From an uncultured Chloroflexia bacterium (GTDB lineage: Bacteria > Chloroflexota > Chloroflexia > QHBQ01 > JADMIH01): 64,000 nucleotides of DNA. The notes beneath the pieces are model-generated. The model had not been told where the DNA came from and searched no databases. It worked only from the letters and a program-made list of their open reading frames with translations. Positions 41,014 to 51,339 of this stretch are shown piece after piece. The position numbers and the translations under genes are program-made. The stretch is taken from NCBI GenBank assembly GCA_963797095.1, contig CAWCNY010000004.1:448001-512000 (forward strand), in the 5' to 3' direction. Every line of letters starts with the position of its first letter. Positions within the stretch are counted from its first letter, which is position 1.

Positions 41014-42447
41014 ATGACAGCAATCCAAGCCAAACAAACATACCACCAGCCCCCCGGCCCCTTCGCAGTCCCCTTCATAGGCACTCTCTATTCCTATCTG
41101 AACAACCCACTCGACTATGCTCTCAGGCAATATCGGCGCTTCGGCGAAGTGGTCCGAATAGACATCCTGGGCATCCAGGGAGCCGCCCTCCACGGCCCCG
41201 AAGCCAACCGCTACATCCTGGTAGACGCCGTTGACAACTTCCTCGTAGCCCCCTTGATCGACAAGGTGCGCGCCCGCTGGATAGTTGGCGATGGCGTCCT
41301 CTTCATAGACGATCCCAGGCACAAACGCGAGCGCAAGCTAATGCTCCCGGCCTTCCATCGCAAACGCATCGAAGAGTATCAGGACACCATGCGCGAGGTC
41401 ACCACCCAACTGCTCGACTCCTGGCGGCCCGGCGTTACCATCGACATTGCCCGTGAGATGCACCGCCTTGCCCTCATCATCGCAGGACGCACCCTCTTCA
41501 ATGTGGACCTGGCAGGCTCGGCCCGCGACCTCGGACCTGCGGTCGCCACCGTAGTAGAAGCGGTTAGCAACCCCTTCAATATCGCCCTTGCTCAACTCCC
41601 CATCGACCTCTTCAGCGTCGGCAAGGGCGGCACCCTGCGCCGCTCCCTCCGTCGCATTGACACCATCCTCCGCGAGATCATCGAACGCCACGAGCGCGAC
41701 GGCAAGGACACGGGCGATGTGGTCTCCATGCTGGTCGCCGCCCACGACGAAGAAGGCGGTCACCTCACCGTCCAGGAGGTGCGCGACCAGCTACTCACCC
41801 TCTTCGTGGCAGGCCACGAAACAAGTGCCAACGCCCTCGCCTGGTCCTTCTACCTGCTCGCCCAACACCCTCACGTCACAGCTAAACTCCTCGAAGAGAT
41901 CGACCACGAGCTAAAGGGCGAGCCTCCCATCGCCGCCGACCTGGCCCGCCTACCCTACCTGGAAATGGTGGTCAAAGAGGCCCTTCGCCTCTACCCACCC
42001 GCGCCCAGCGCCAACCGCCAGGCCAAAGAGGGCTTCGACTGGAAGGGCTGGACCATCCGCCCCGGCGACATCGTCATCTACTCCCCTTTTATCAGCCACC
42101 GAATGATCGACCAGTGGCGCGAGCCTGATCTCTTCCGGCCTGAGCGCTTCCACCCCACCGAAGGCGACCGCATCGCGCCCTACGCCTACATCCCCTTCGC
42201 CGCCGGGCCGCGCTCCTGCATAGGCGCGCCCTTCGCCACCATAGAGATCAAAACCGTCCTCGTGATGGCCCTCCAACGCTGGCGGCTCGACCTGGTTCCC
42301 GGCCAGTACATTGAGGCCACTGTGCGCACCACCACCCAACCCAAAGATGGCATCCTGATGCGTACCTACCGCCAGGACGGGCTGGTAGAGCGCTCGCCAG
42401 CTCCGGTAACAGGTAATGTGGTCGGTGCGATCCGCCGCAAGCCCTGA
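41014..42447 (+). CDS. Cytochrome P450
   Basis: AGHETS, EALR, PERF, FAAGPRSCIG heme motif. Confidence 0.96.
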   Translation: MTAIQAKQTYHQPPGPFAVPFIGTLYSYLNNPLDYALRQYRRFGEVVRIDILGIQGAALHGPEANRYILVDAVDNFLVAPLIDKVRARWIVGDGVLFIDDPRHKRERKLMLPAFHRKRIEEYQDTMREVTTQLLDSWRPGVTIDIAREMHRLALIIAGRTLFNVDLAGSARDLGPAVATVVEAVSNPFNIALAQLPIDLFSVGKGGTLRRSLRRIDTILREIIERHERDGKDTGDVVSMLVAAHDEEGGHLTVQEVRDQLLTLFVAGHETSANALAWSFYLLAQHPHVTAKLLEEIDHELKGEPPIAADLARLPYLEMVVKEALRLYPPAPSANRQAKEGFDWKGWTIRPGDIVIYSPFISHRMIDQWREPDLFRPERFHPTEGDRIAPYAYIPFAAGPRSCIGAPFATIEIKTVLVMALQRWRLDLVPGQYIEATVRTTTQPKDGILMRTYRQDGLVERSPAPVTGNVVGAIRRKP

Positions 42448-42535
42448 ATGCTCCATGCAGTTCATTCAGCGTCCCGTTCAGATACATACCCCGCCATCCT
42501 AAAAAGGACAGGGCAACCCGCATGAGGTATCCCAA

Positions 42536-43627
42536 ATGGCAATAGATCGAGAACTAAGACTTTCCTGCAAGCGTTTCCTTTCGGGCCACCTGCCCAGGTC
42601 CCAGCGCGACTGGCTCGAAAGCCTCGCCCTTTCGCCTCTGGCCGACCTTCCGCTCGACCTCTACGGCGAAGGCCCCGCTATTCAAAAGCTGGAACATGAG
42701 GTGGCAGAGCTACTTGGCAAAGAAGCCGCCGTATTCCTGCACAAAGGCGTGGTTGCTCAGCAGATAGCCCTCCGCGTCTGGACAGATCGCACCGCGAGGC
42801 CTACCGTTGCTTTACACCCACAAAGTCATATCGATGCCGACGAACAGAATGCCTATGAGCGGCTGCACAATCTTGCAGGCGTGCGCCTGGGCAAGCCCTG
42901 GTCGCCTTTCACTGTGGCCGACCTCGAAGCGGCGGGTGAGCCTCTTGGTGCCATCGTAGTCGAGTTACCGCTCCGCCAGGCTGGCTTCAAACTCCCCACG
43001 TGGGACGAATTGGCAGCCATATCCAACTGGGCACACGCCAGGCATGTTCCCCTCCACTTCGATGGTGCGCGCCTATGGGAATCCGCCCCTTACTATGGCC
43101 GCTCCTACGCCGAGACTTCTGCACTCGCTGACTCTGTCTACGTCTCATTCTACAAAGGATTGGGCGGACTCGCGGGCTGCATTCTCGCCGGGTCCTCCGA
43201 TTTTATCGCTGAATGTCGGCCCTGGCAGACCCGTATGGGCGGTAACATATTCATCCTCTCTCCGTACGTGATCGCGGCCTACGAAGGCTTACACCGCTAC
43301 CTCCCTGAGATGGACGGCTATCACGCACGCGCCCGCGAGATAGCAGCCGCCCTCGACGCGGATTTGCCTGTACAAATCGCCCCCAACCCGCCCCACACGA
43401 ATGCGTTCCAGCTTCTCCTCCCCGCTGCTCGTGCTGGCCTGGAGCGCGCGGTCAACATCATAGCCGAGCAAGACCACGAATGGGTATCCGGCTATTTCGA
43501 GGATACGCAGGTGCCCGGCTTTACCATGACCGAGATAAGCGTTGGCGAAGCCACCAAAGCCTGGACTACGGCGGAGATCGTGGCTGCCTTTCGAAAGTTG
43601 CTGGCTCTGGCCGCGCGAACTTCCTAG
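42536..43627 (+). CDS. Threonine aldolase / beta-eliminating lyase family PLP enzyme
   Basis: LLGKEAAVF, HFDGARLWE, VSFYKGLGG. Confidence 0.88.
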   Translation: MAIDRELRLSCKRFLSGHLPRSQRDWLESLALSPLADLPLDLYGEGPAIQKLEHEVAELLGKEAAVFLHKGVVAQQIALRVWTDRTARPTVALHPQSHIDADEQNAYERLHNLAGVRLGKPWSPFTVADLEAAGEPLGAIVVELPLRQAGFKLPTWDELAAISNWAHARHVPLHFDGARLWESAPYYGRSYAETSALADSVYVSFYKGLGGLAGCILAGSSDFIAECRPWQTRMGGNIFILSPYVIAAYEGLHRYLPEMDGYHARAREIAAALDADLPVQIAPNPPHTNAFQLLLPAARAGLERAVNIIAEQDHEWVSGYFEDTQVPGFTMTEISVGEATKAWTTAEIVAAFRKLLALAARTS

Positions 43628-43685
43628 CTCTCCGTCTCCGATCTGGTCCCAATCCGCCTGAAGGCATATCTTGCCGGCGAAGCCC

Positions 43686-43716
43686 TTGACTCTGACGTTA
43701 CGTCATACCTTATAGT
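43686..43716 (+). promoter_or_regulatory. MerR-type promoter/operator
   Basis: TTGACT-19 bp-TATAGT with dyad TGACG-TTA-CGTCA in the spacer. Confidence 0.88.
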
Positions 43717-43739
43717 TGCCTCAGAAAGGAGGTAACACC

Positions 43740-44549
43740 TTGGATCGACCCTTGTACCCAAGCAGTAAGTTTGCTCGCAAAGCCTCGGTAACCGTGCGCA
43801 CGCTGCGCTACTACGACAAAGTGGGCCTGCTCTCCCCAACGCAATACAGCGAAGCGGGCTACCGTCTCTACTCCGACCAGGACCTCGTGAATCTTCAGCA
43901 GATACTCGCGCTGAAGTTCCTGGGCTTCTCTCTCGATGAGATCAAGGCGCTCATCAAGTCGGGTCCTCACAGCCTGGCCGACGTGTTGGCTCAGCAGAAG
44001 GCGATGATGAACGAGAAGAGAGCCTGGCTAGACACAATCATCCAGGCCATCGATGAGACCGAAAAGTTGCTGCAAGCGGGGCGCTGCGATTGGGAATCCC
44101 TCGTAAAAGTGATCCAGGTAATACAAATGGACCAAAACAAAGAATGGGTGAAGAAGTATTTCACGCAAGAACAGCTAGATCAGATGCAACACCTCTCCGA
44201 TCAATCCTATTCGGACGAGGCACGAGCCGGGATGGCGCAACGGCCTGAGTGGACCGAAGAGGATCAGCACAGGGCAAACGCCCAGTGGGCCGAGATATGG
44301 GACGAGGTCCGCAATCTGGCGGCTCAACGAAGTGACCCCGCAGGTGCGGAAGCAAAGGCACTGGCGGCCAAATACAACACACTGATCTCCGCCTTCACAG
44401 GCGGCAACCGGCACATCGCTGGCGGCCTGAGCAAATGGTGGCAGAACTACGACGCCCTACCCGCCGACCAACGCCCCTTCCAGCTACCCATCACGCCCGA
44501 AGAACAAGACTTCCTCAACAAAGTCCTCAACGCCTACGGCAACAAGTAA
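43740..44549 (+). CDS. MerR family regulator (TipA/Mta-like)
   Basis: VRTLRYYDKVGLL, GYRLY, LGFSLDEIK; SD AGGAGG before TTG. Confidence 0.9.
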   Translation: MDRPLYPSSKFARKASVTVRTLRYYDKVGLLSPTQYSEAGYRLYSDQDLVNLQQILALKFLGFSLDEIKALIKSGPHSLADVLAQQKAMMNEKRAWLDTIIQAIDETEKLLQAGRCDWESLVKVIQVIQMDQNKEWVKKYFTQEQLDQMQHLSDQSYSDEARAGMAQRPEWTEEDQHRANAQWAEIWDEVRNLAAQRSDPAGAEAKALAAKYNTLISAFTGGNRHIAGGLSKWWQNYDALPADQRPFQLPITPEEQDFLNKVLNAYGNK

Positions 44550-44617
44550 TCACACGGGCATGGAAACATAAGACAACCCGATCCTAAAGTCGGGATGACC
44601 CATGTCTCCATGCCAAT

Positions 44618-45283
44618 CTACCCCAATTCCCTCACGACCTCATCCGTGTGATCGTACAACAGGCGATCCAACTCTCGACCCTCCAGGCCTACCTCCCTGG
44701 CCACGTCCAGGTAGAACTGCTCATGAGTCTCATAATTGGAGAATGAGAGACCCGACGCACTCGTGACCTTCTTGATCCTCAAATCCACCGCAATAGCATC
44801 CCTAAACTCCGCGTGACCGACGGCCATCAGTATATTGCGCGCGTACTTGGGTCCGATACCAGCCAACAACTCCAGAAACCCGATCTTCCCCTCCCGCCCC
44901 TCAGTCAAAAGCAACATCTCCTTCGCGGCCACCGGCCCTCCCAGGTCAACTACTAGTTTGAAGTTGCTCGCCAAATACCCGGCCTTAATGCCGGGCATCC
45001 TCACGCCCGCCTTCCGCAACGTCTGATCCAGCCTTTCCAGGCGTTCTCCCTCGGAAAGCTCCGCCAGCACATCGAACCCGATCAATCCATAGTTCTCCTG
45101 GTTAGCGATCAGCCCATCATAGGCCCGTGTATTGCCCATAGTCGCCATAGCTACCAGGAACGAATGCCAAAGAAAATCGGGGCGGCCCAGATCGGCTTCC
45201 CCGACTTTCAACTCATCCAATTCGTCCTGATACTTCCGGGCTAACACGGATACGACCTGCACCAGTCGCCCGCGCTTCGACAT
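44618..45283 (-). CDS. Hypothetical protein, HhH DNA glycosylase-like (Ogg2-like)
   Basis: LAGIGPKYARNIL, IAVD, ELDRLLY. Confidence 0.6.
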   Translation of the reverse strand: MSKRGRLVQVVSVLARKYQDELDELKVGEADLGRPDFLWHSFLVAMATMGNTRAYDGLIANQENYGLIGFDVLAELSEGERLERLDQTLRKAGVRMPGIKAGYLASNFKLVVDLGGPVAAKEMLLLTEGREGKIGFLELLAGIGPKYARNILMAVGHAEFRDAIAVDLRIKKVTSASGLSFSNYETHEQFYLDVAREVGLEGRELDRLLYDHTDEVVRELG

Positions 45284-45303
45284 AGCCTTATTGGCCCTGG
45301 GCC

Positions 45304-46938
45304 CTAGTGATCCGCCCCAATCGGAATTCGGTCGCGGTCCAACTCGTCCTGCTCGATATCGAACTCCATCTTCTTCTGGAAGAATTGCACCGGGTGCGCC
45401 CTCACCGCCTCTTCAAGCGACATCTTCCCATCCACCGTGAACTCCATTTGCATCGGCACCGGGTAATTTCCCGTGAAGCACCCAGAGCAAAGCCTGTTGC
45501 CGCCCAGGCCCACCGCCCGGAACAGCCCAGGCAGGCTCAAATATCCCAGCGAATCCGCCCCAATATGCTCCGCGATCTCATCTACCGTCAGCCTGTGCGC
45601 GATCAACTCCTCGCGTCTCGCGGTGTCCACTCCCAAATAACAGGGGTGCGCCATCGCGGGCGAGTGTATCCGCACATGCACCTCCGTCGCGCCCGCCCGC
45701 CGCAGTAATTCGACGATAGGCCGTGTGGTCGTCCCCCGAACAATAGAGTCGTCCACCACCACCACGCGCTTCCCACTCAATACCTCCGGCAGCGGGTTAA
45801 ACTTCAACCCTATACCTCGTTCTCTCAAATGCTGGTGCGGCTGGATCAACGTCCTCCCAATATAGCGGTTCTTGATCAACCCCTCCGTATACGGAATCCC
45901 CGACTCCAGCGCATACCCGATAGCCGCGGGCGTAGCCGAGTCGGGCACACCGATCACGATATCCGCCTTGGCCGGGTGCTCACGGGCGAGCTCACGCCCC
46001 ATGTTCTGCCGCGCCTGGTATAACGCCCGCCCTTCGATCACGCTATCGGGCCGAGCGAAATAGATATACTCGAACACGCATAGCGCCTGCTCCACAGCGG
46101 ATGAGTCCTTGAACGAAGTCAATCCCTCCGGCCCCACCATCACGATCTCCCCAGGCTCGATCTCCCGGATAAACTGCGCCCCTATTGTCATCAAAGCACA
46201 CGACTCCGAAGCGATCACCCAACCGCCGTTAGCTTTCGGCGAATGTAGTGGGTTACGCGCAATCGGCTCCCCCTTGTGTGCGCTCGTCTCATCCCCAGGC
46301 GCTGGGTGTCCGGGCAACCGCCCCAGGCAGAGCGGACGTATCCCCATCGGGTCGCGCACCGCCATCATGTGCGTCTTGGTCAGCAGCACCAGCGAATAAG
46401 CACCCCGCAGGCGCGACATCGCCCGCCGAAACTTGGTAGCCCAATCGCTCCCATGCGATGACACCGCCAGTTGCCCGATTACTTCCGTGTCCGAGGTCGT
46501 CTCGAACGTATACCCATCCCCCATCAACTCAATTTGCAGCGGCCCGGCGTTGGTCACATTTCCGTTATGCGCCACCGCGATCCACCCCAAACTTGGGTCG
46601 AGCAGGCGCAGCGGCTGTGCATTGCACGCCACCGACGATCCCGTAGTCGAATACCTCGTATGCCCGATGGCCGCGTGCCCCGTCAACTTCCCTAGCGACT
46701 CCTCATCGAAAGCCGTCGAGACAAGCCCCATCTTCGTCCGCAACATCAATTCCCGCCCATCCGTGGATGCAATCCCCGCCGACTCCTGCCCCCGGTGCTG
46801 CAAAGCGTACAGCCCGAAATAGGTCAGGCGCGCCACATCCTCCCCAGGTGCCCACACGCCGAATATGCCGCACTCCTCGTGCATCTTGTCGTCCAGCTGC
46901 GGATTGCCGAATGTGGATTGCGGATTGTGCTCGTTCAT
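45304..46938 (-). CDS. purF: Amidophosphoribosyltransferase
   Basis: EECGIFG, LQHRGQES, VVDDSIVRGTT. Confidence 0.97.
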   Translation of the reverse strand: MNEHNPQSTFGNPQLDDKMHEECGIFGVWAPGEDVARLTYFGLYALQHRGQESAGIASTDGRELMLRTKMGLVSTAFDEESLGKLTGHAAIGHTRYSTTGSSVACNAQPLRLLDPSLGWIAVAHNGNVTNAGPLQIELMGDGYTFETTSDTEVIGQLAVSSHGSDWATKFRRAMSRLRGAYSLVLLTKTHMMAVRDPMGIRPLCLGRLPGHPAPGDETSAHKGEPIARNPLHSPKANGGWVIASESCALMTIGAQFIREIEPGEIVMVGPEGLTSFKDSSAVEQALCVFEYIYFARPDSVIEGRALYQARQNMGRELAREHPAKADIVIGVPDSATPAAIGYALESGIPYTEGLIKNRYIGRTLIQPHQHLRERGIGLKFNPLPEVLSGKRVVVVDDSIVRGTTTRPIVELLRRAGATEVHVRIHSPAMAHPCYLGVDTARREELIAHRLTVDEIAEHIGADSLGYLSLPGLFRAVGLGGNRLCSGCFTGNYPVPMQMEFTVDGKMSLEEAVRAHPVQFFQKKMEFDIEQDELDRDRIPIGADH

Positions 46939-46951
46939 CGGTCCCTCACTG

Positions 46952-47404
46952 TCAGTATCCCGGACAATGAATTGTCGGGCTACCCAAACAAAGTCCGCCT
47001 TCGCGGACTACCATGCCCCGGTTGGTCAACGCAGAATGGTGTTCCTTTTGCCGCACTACATAAGTCCGCACGCTTGGCACCATTTCTTTCGAGATGGTAA
47101 ACGCGCCATAAGAGCCTTGCCACTTGAAAAAGGCATCAGGACAGAGCTTGCGGGTCATCAAATGGGAGGAGGTGCCTTTTACTTCCCTCGCCAACATGGC
47201 AACAGAAACAGTTGTTGCTAGCTTTGCCAGCAAATGCACGTGATCCTCAATCCCACCGATAGCCACCACATCACAAGCAATTTCCCTACACTTCTCAACA
47301 ATAGACGCGTAAAGCTGTTCTTCATGATTCACCGTCATGAGCGGAAGGCGATCCCACGTCGCCCAAACCATATGCACGTACAGCTCTGTATGGTTCCCAC
47401 TCAT
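46952..47404 (-). mobile_element. tnpA: IS200/IS605-type Y1 transposase (TnpA/RAYT-like), C-terminus runs into the left REP
   Basis: HMVWATWDR, EDHVHLL, KGTSS, WQGSYGAFT, Y...QKEHH. Confidence 0.88.
46958..47009. repeat. Left REP-like double hairpin flanking tnpA
   Basis: AGTCCGCCTTCGCGGACT plus GTAG-footed hairpin; inverted copy at 47448-47500. Confidence 0.8.
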
Positions 47405-47447
47405 TCAAGATCAATCTCCAGACATACTAACCGGCTACAGGCAAGAC

Positions 47448-47500
47448 AGCCCGCGAAGGCGGGCTTCGTTTGCGTAGCCCCCCGATTTCAATCGGCGGGC
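47448..47500. repeat. Right REP-like double hairpin flanking tnpA
   Basis: AGCCCGCGAAGGCGGGCT...GTAGCCC; 29/33 identity to the left copy, inverted. Confidence 0.8.
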
Positions 47501-47542
47501 TTACTTACTGGTGCTGGCGCTCGCCAAACATGCTAACAAGGA

Positions 47543-49855
47543 TCAAGCTAAACCACTCCTCCACGACGCCACTAAATCATCCAGGCTTGCATCAACCAGC
47601 ACAGCGCCTCCCCTGCCGATCCGCAACCTGTCGCCTCCCGTCTCTCCCAAAACAAAAAGCCCCACCCCGGTAGCCTCCGCTAGATCCTCTAACGCTGGCC
47701 ACTCCGGTGTGGGTAGAGCTACTATTATACGCGAAGCTTCCTCTGAGAACAACAAAACGTCCGACCTCACATGCGGATTATGCTCCGCCAATCCATCCAG
47801 CGACACCTCGGCCCCCACCCCGCCCGCTATACACATCTCGGCCAGCGCGGTCGCCAGTCCCCCATCGCTGCAATCATGCGCCACATCCACCAGCCGCTTA
47901 TGTATAGCCGTTCTGCACACATACTGGGTATTCCGCTCGGAGGCAAAATCCACGTGTGGCGGCATCCCGGCCTTCAACCCAAACATCGTCTCGACGTACT
48001 GGCTTGCTCCCAGCAACTCGCTGCCCGCTCCAGGCTCCTTCGCTCCCCGCCCCCACAACAGCCCGATCCTCAGCCCCTCGCGAAAAGCCATCCCCGCCCT
48101 GTGCTCTACGTTCTCCAGCAGCCCAAGCATCCCCACCACAGGCGTCGGCAGTACCGCCACACCTTCACTCTCGTTATACAGCGACACGTTCCCGCTCACC
48201 ACCGGGATCCCAAGCGCGTTGCAGGCATCCGCCATCCCATTCACCGCGCTTTCCATCTGGTAGAAAACGTGCGGCTTCTCAGGGTTTCCAAAATTGAGAC
48301 AATCTGTTACCGCCAGCGGCTCCGCCCCCACGCAAGACAGGTTGCGCGCCGCCTCCGCCACTGCCAGCGCCCCTCCCTCATAAGGCTCAAGATAGCAATA
48401 TCGCCCGTTGCAATCAATCGTAAGAGCGATCCCCTTCTGTGTTCCCTTGATCCTCAGCACAGCCGCGTCCGCCTGCCCGGGCTGCAAAACCGTATTAGAC
48501 CCTATTGTATAGTCATAAGTCCGGTAAACCCGCTCCTTTGATGCCACATTAGGAGAAGCCAGCACCGCCAACATAGCGTCGGTATGCGCCTTTCGCCCTT
48601 CGTCGCGAGTGTGCAGCAGCGCATCCCAGTCGGGGTGCTGCATCTCGTCCAGGGCCGGGTCAGGCTCTCCCGCCACATATCTGATCGGCACTTCATCCGC
48701 CAATAGCTGCGCAAGCACCTCGGCTGCTAACGTCCCGCCATCGTATATCCTAACAAGCCCATCGTCTGTCACCTTACCGATGATATTCGAGTGCAGACCC
48801 CACTTTGTAAATACCGCCCGCGCCTCCTCTGCCTTACCGCTCTCCACGATCACCAGCATCCGCTCCTGCAACTCCGACAGCATGATCTCATACGCGTTCA
48901 TCCCGCTCTCGCGCCTCGGCACGTGCGCCAGGTCGATCTCGATCCCCGTACCCGCTCGCGCCGCGCACTCTACAGCCGACGAAGTAAGGCCCGCCGCCCC
49001 CAGGTCTTGCATCCCCACCACGATCCCCAGTTCCAGCACCTCCAGACAAGCCTCCATAAGGCACTTCTCAAGGAACGGATTGCCAACCTGCACCGCTGGA
49101 CGGTCCTCAAGGGCGTCTTCACCCAATGTATCTGAGGCAAAAGTGGCCCCATGTATGCCGTCGCGCCCCGTATCTGCTCCCACTAGCAGCACCGGATTGC
49201 CCACCCCCGCCGCCACCGCCCGCATGATGCTGCCCGACCTGATCAACCCCACACACATAGCGTTCACCAGCGGGTTGCCCGAATACAACTCGTCGAAATA
49301 AATCTCCCCACCCACCGTGGGGATTCCGATGCAGTTCCCATACCCACCGATCCCCGCCACCACGCCCCCGAACAGGTACCTGTTATGTGGCTCCGACAGC
49401 GGCCCGAACCGCAACGAATTGAGCAGGGCCACCGGGCGCGCGCCCATCGTGAAAATATCTCGCACAATTCCGCCCACGCCGGTAGCCGCGCCCTCTACAG
49501 GCTCCACGGCCGAGGGGTGGTTGTGCGACTCCACCTTCAGCGCAGCCGCCCACCCGTCTCCCAGATCAATGATCCCGGCGTTCTCGCCCGGTCCCTGCAA
49601 AACTCGCGGCCCTTTTGTCGGAAACCTGCGCAACAATGGCTTCGAATGCTTATACCCGCAATGCTCGCTCCACATCGCCCCCGCCATCCCCAGCTCAACC
49701 ATGTTTGGCTGCCTGCCCAATTTCCCCCTGAACTGCCCGTACTCGTCTCGCGTAAGCCCAACTTCGGACAACAGCACAGAAAGCTCCTCATCCGGGAGGT
49801 CGTCCGGGATGGGAGCAATAACAGACGGGATATGGGAAGAATTGTGAGGGGCCAT
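47543..49855 (-). CDS. purL: Phosphoribosylformylglycinamidine synthase subunit PurL
   Basis: [34 protein letters not shown]. Confidence 0.97.
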   Translation of the reverse strand: MAPHNSSHIPSVIAPIPDDLPDEELSVLLSEVGLTRDEYGQFRGKLGRQPNMVELGMAGAMWSEHCGYKHSKPLLRRFPTKGPRVLQGPGENAGIIDLGDGWAAALKVESHNHPSAVEPVEGAATGVGGIVRDIFTMGARPVALLNSLRFGPLSEPHNRYLFGGVVAGIGGYGNCIGIPTVGGEIYFDELYSGNPLVNAMCVGLIRSGSIMRAVAAGVGNPVLLVGADTGRDGIHGATFASDTLGEDALEDRPAVQVGNPFLEKCLMEACLEVLELGIVVGMQDLGAAGLTSSAVECAARAGTGIEIDLAHVPRRESGMNAYEIMLSELQERMLVIVESGKAEEARAVFTKWGLHSNIIGKVTDDGLVRIYDGGTLAAEVLAQLLADEVPIRYVAGEPDPALDEMQHPDWDALLHTRDEGRKAHTDAMLAVLASPNVASKERVYRTYDYTIGSNTVLQPGQADAAVLRIKGTQKGIALTIDCNGRYCYLEPYEGGALAVAEAARNLSCVGAEPLAVTDCLNFGNPEKPHVFYQMESAVNGMADACNALGIPVVSGNVSLYNESEGVAVLPTPVVGMLGLLENVEHRAGMAFREGLRIGLLWGRGAKEPGAGSELLGASQYVETMFGLKAGMPPHVDFASERNTQYVCRTAIHKRLVDVAHDCSDGGLATALAEMCIAGGVGAEVSLDGLAEHNPHVRSDVLLFSEEASRIIVALPTPEWPALEDLAEATGVGLFVLGETGGDRLRIGRGGAVLVDASLDDLVASWRSGLA

Positions 49856-49962
49856 TGTCTCCCTAGCTGAGATTAAGAGCCTTATGGACCGGCCCACAAA
49901 TTATAACATGGCATGCAGAGTTATCCACATCCGCGAGACCAACGGACCATATTTCTCCGGAG

Positions 49963-50454
49963 CTAAAGCTCGTCCCTTCGAATAATTGGTATTGCCCACC
50001 ACAGCAGGCCGATTATGACTGCCACTATCACCGCCACCACCCACGACAGTGGCTCTCCAATAACCACCGATGTCACTATCTGTGACGAGAGCACCAGTGC
50101 CACGGACGCGGGCACCAGCCCGATTATCATCAAGCGTGTAATGAAATCCTTATAGCGCGTGCGATCGACCACAGGTCGCATCAATCTATGCATCGCAGCC
50201 GGGGCCGCAAAGAAGATCAGGCTCGTAAGCGAGCACATAAAGGTGACCAGAAAGATCCACCTCTCCGTCTCATCAAGCCTGTCAAACCCGCTGTTGAATG
50301 GTAAGATCGTCAGGAACGCCGTCAGCACCTGCGCACCCTGCAATAAGATGCGTAGCTCCTGCAAAATATCGGCCAGGCTGTTTGGCGAAGGCATGTCCGC
50401 ATCTTGACCATGCAACGCCACTTCTTCTGGCTCTCTTGTACTTGAGTCAATCAT
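49963..50454 (-). CDS. DUF6328-like membrane protein
   Basis: LQELRILLQGAQVLTAFL..PF, APAAMHR. Confidence 0.75.
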   Translation of the reverse strand: MIDSSTREPEEVALHGQDADMPSPNSLADILQELRILLQGAQVLTAFLTILPFNSGFDRLDETERWIFLVTFMCSLTSLIFFAAPAAMHRLMRPVVDRTRYKDFITRLMIIGLVPASVALVLSSQIVTSVVIGEPLSWVVAVIVAVIIGLLWWAIPIIRRDEL

Positions 50455-50564
50455 GCAACCATTCCTGCTCAATTTGAGTAATCAAGAGAGCAAAATGTGT
50501 GCCTGACACTCTGGGTCGTCTGACAGAGGGCCTGACCTTACAAACTTACTTAAAGGTACTCGGC

Positions 50565-51266
50565 TTACCTCATGAATTCAGATTTGCCTAGCTTACAAAG
50601 GCCATCTATCCTATCCAACACGATATCGGGGTCCGGTTTGCGGTACTGCTTCGGATCGTGCGCATAGTGTCCTTGCTTCACCCACACCGTCGTGATCTTA
50701 CCCCCCACCGCTTTCTTTACCCGCGCCAGGATAGTCTCCTTATCGTCCGCAAGCACATAGTGCCGTGCAGGCAGCCTCTTCATAATATCCTCAAGATGGT
50801 CCTGCTTGTGCGTAAATATCAACACATCATCATACCCCACGATTTGCGCCAGCCCCGCCCGCGCGATCTTCTGCGGCTGGTACACCGCATCCCCATCCGA
50901 AAGGATCGCCACCTCCCCCAACTTGCACACATGCTCCAGGGACGCTACCGTTCCCGGATACAAATAATCCTCATAAGGCCACTCGTTGACTATATTGGCT
51001 GCCCGGCGCGCCGCCGTTTTATCAGGCCACTCTTCCACGAACCTCGCCAGCGTATCAGGATAACTAACTACGTCCACCTGCTGGCGTACCTCTTCGTAAA
51101 TCTCCCAAAACCTGTGTGCTCCCGCCTCGCCCAACACTCCCAGCAACTTCTCGGCCATGTCCGCCTTAGATCTGTCGTTGTCCATCAGCGTATCGTCAAC
51201 GTCAAATAGGAACACCAGATCGTGCTCTTGCTCTCCCTTGGTAGAGTTCTCCGCATTGTCAGTCAT
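50565..51266 (-). CDS. HAD family hydrolase
   Basis: FDVDDTL, ILSDGD..YQPQKI, ADDK, QGHYA. Confidence 0.85.
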   Translation of the reverse strand: MTDNAENSTKGEQEHDLVFLFDVDDTLMDNDRSKADMAEKLLGVLGEAGAHRFWEIYEEVRQQVDVVSYPDTLARFVEEWPDKTAARRAANIVNEWPYEDYLYPGTVASLEHVCKLGEVAILSDGDAVYQPQKIARAGLAQIVGYDDVLIFTHKQDHLEDIMKRLPARHYVLADDKETILARVKKAVGGKITTVWVKQGHYAHDPKQYRKPDPDIVLDRIDGLCKLGKSEFMR

Positions 51267-51339
51267 ATGACCACCCTGTATACTATTCCCTACAGACCAC
51301 CGAAATTTCCAATAAGAAATACGCAATACGCAATACCCC

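Noticed and set aside
40781-41041. ORF with SSECL repeats (and the ALVAS-repeat ORF 40873-41322)
   Set aside because: Antisense translations of the 15-bp tandem repeat overlapping the P450 start.
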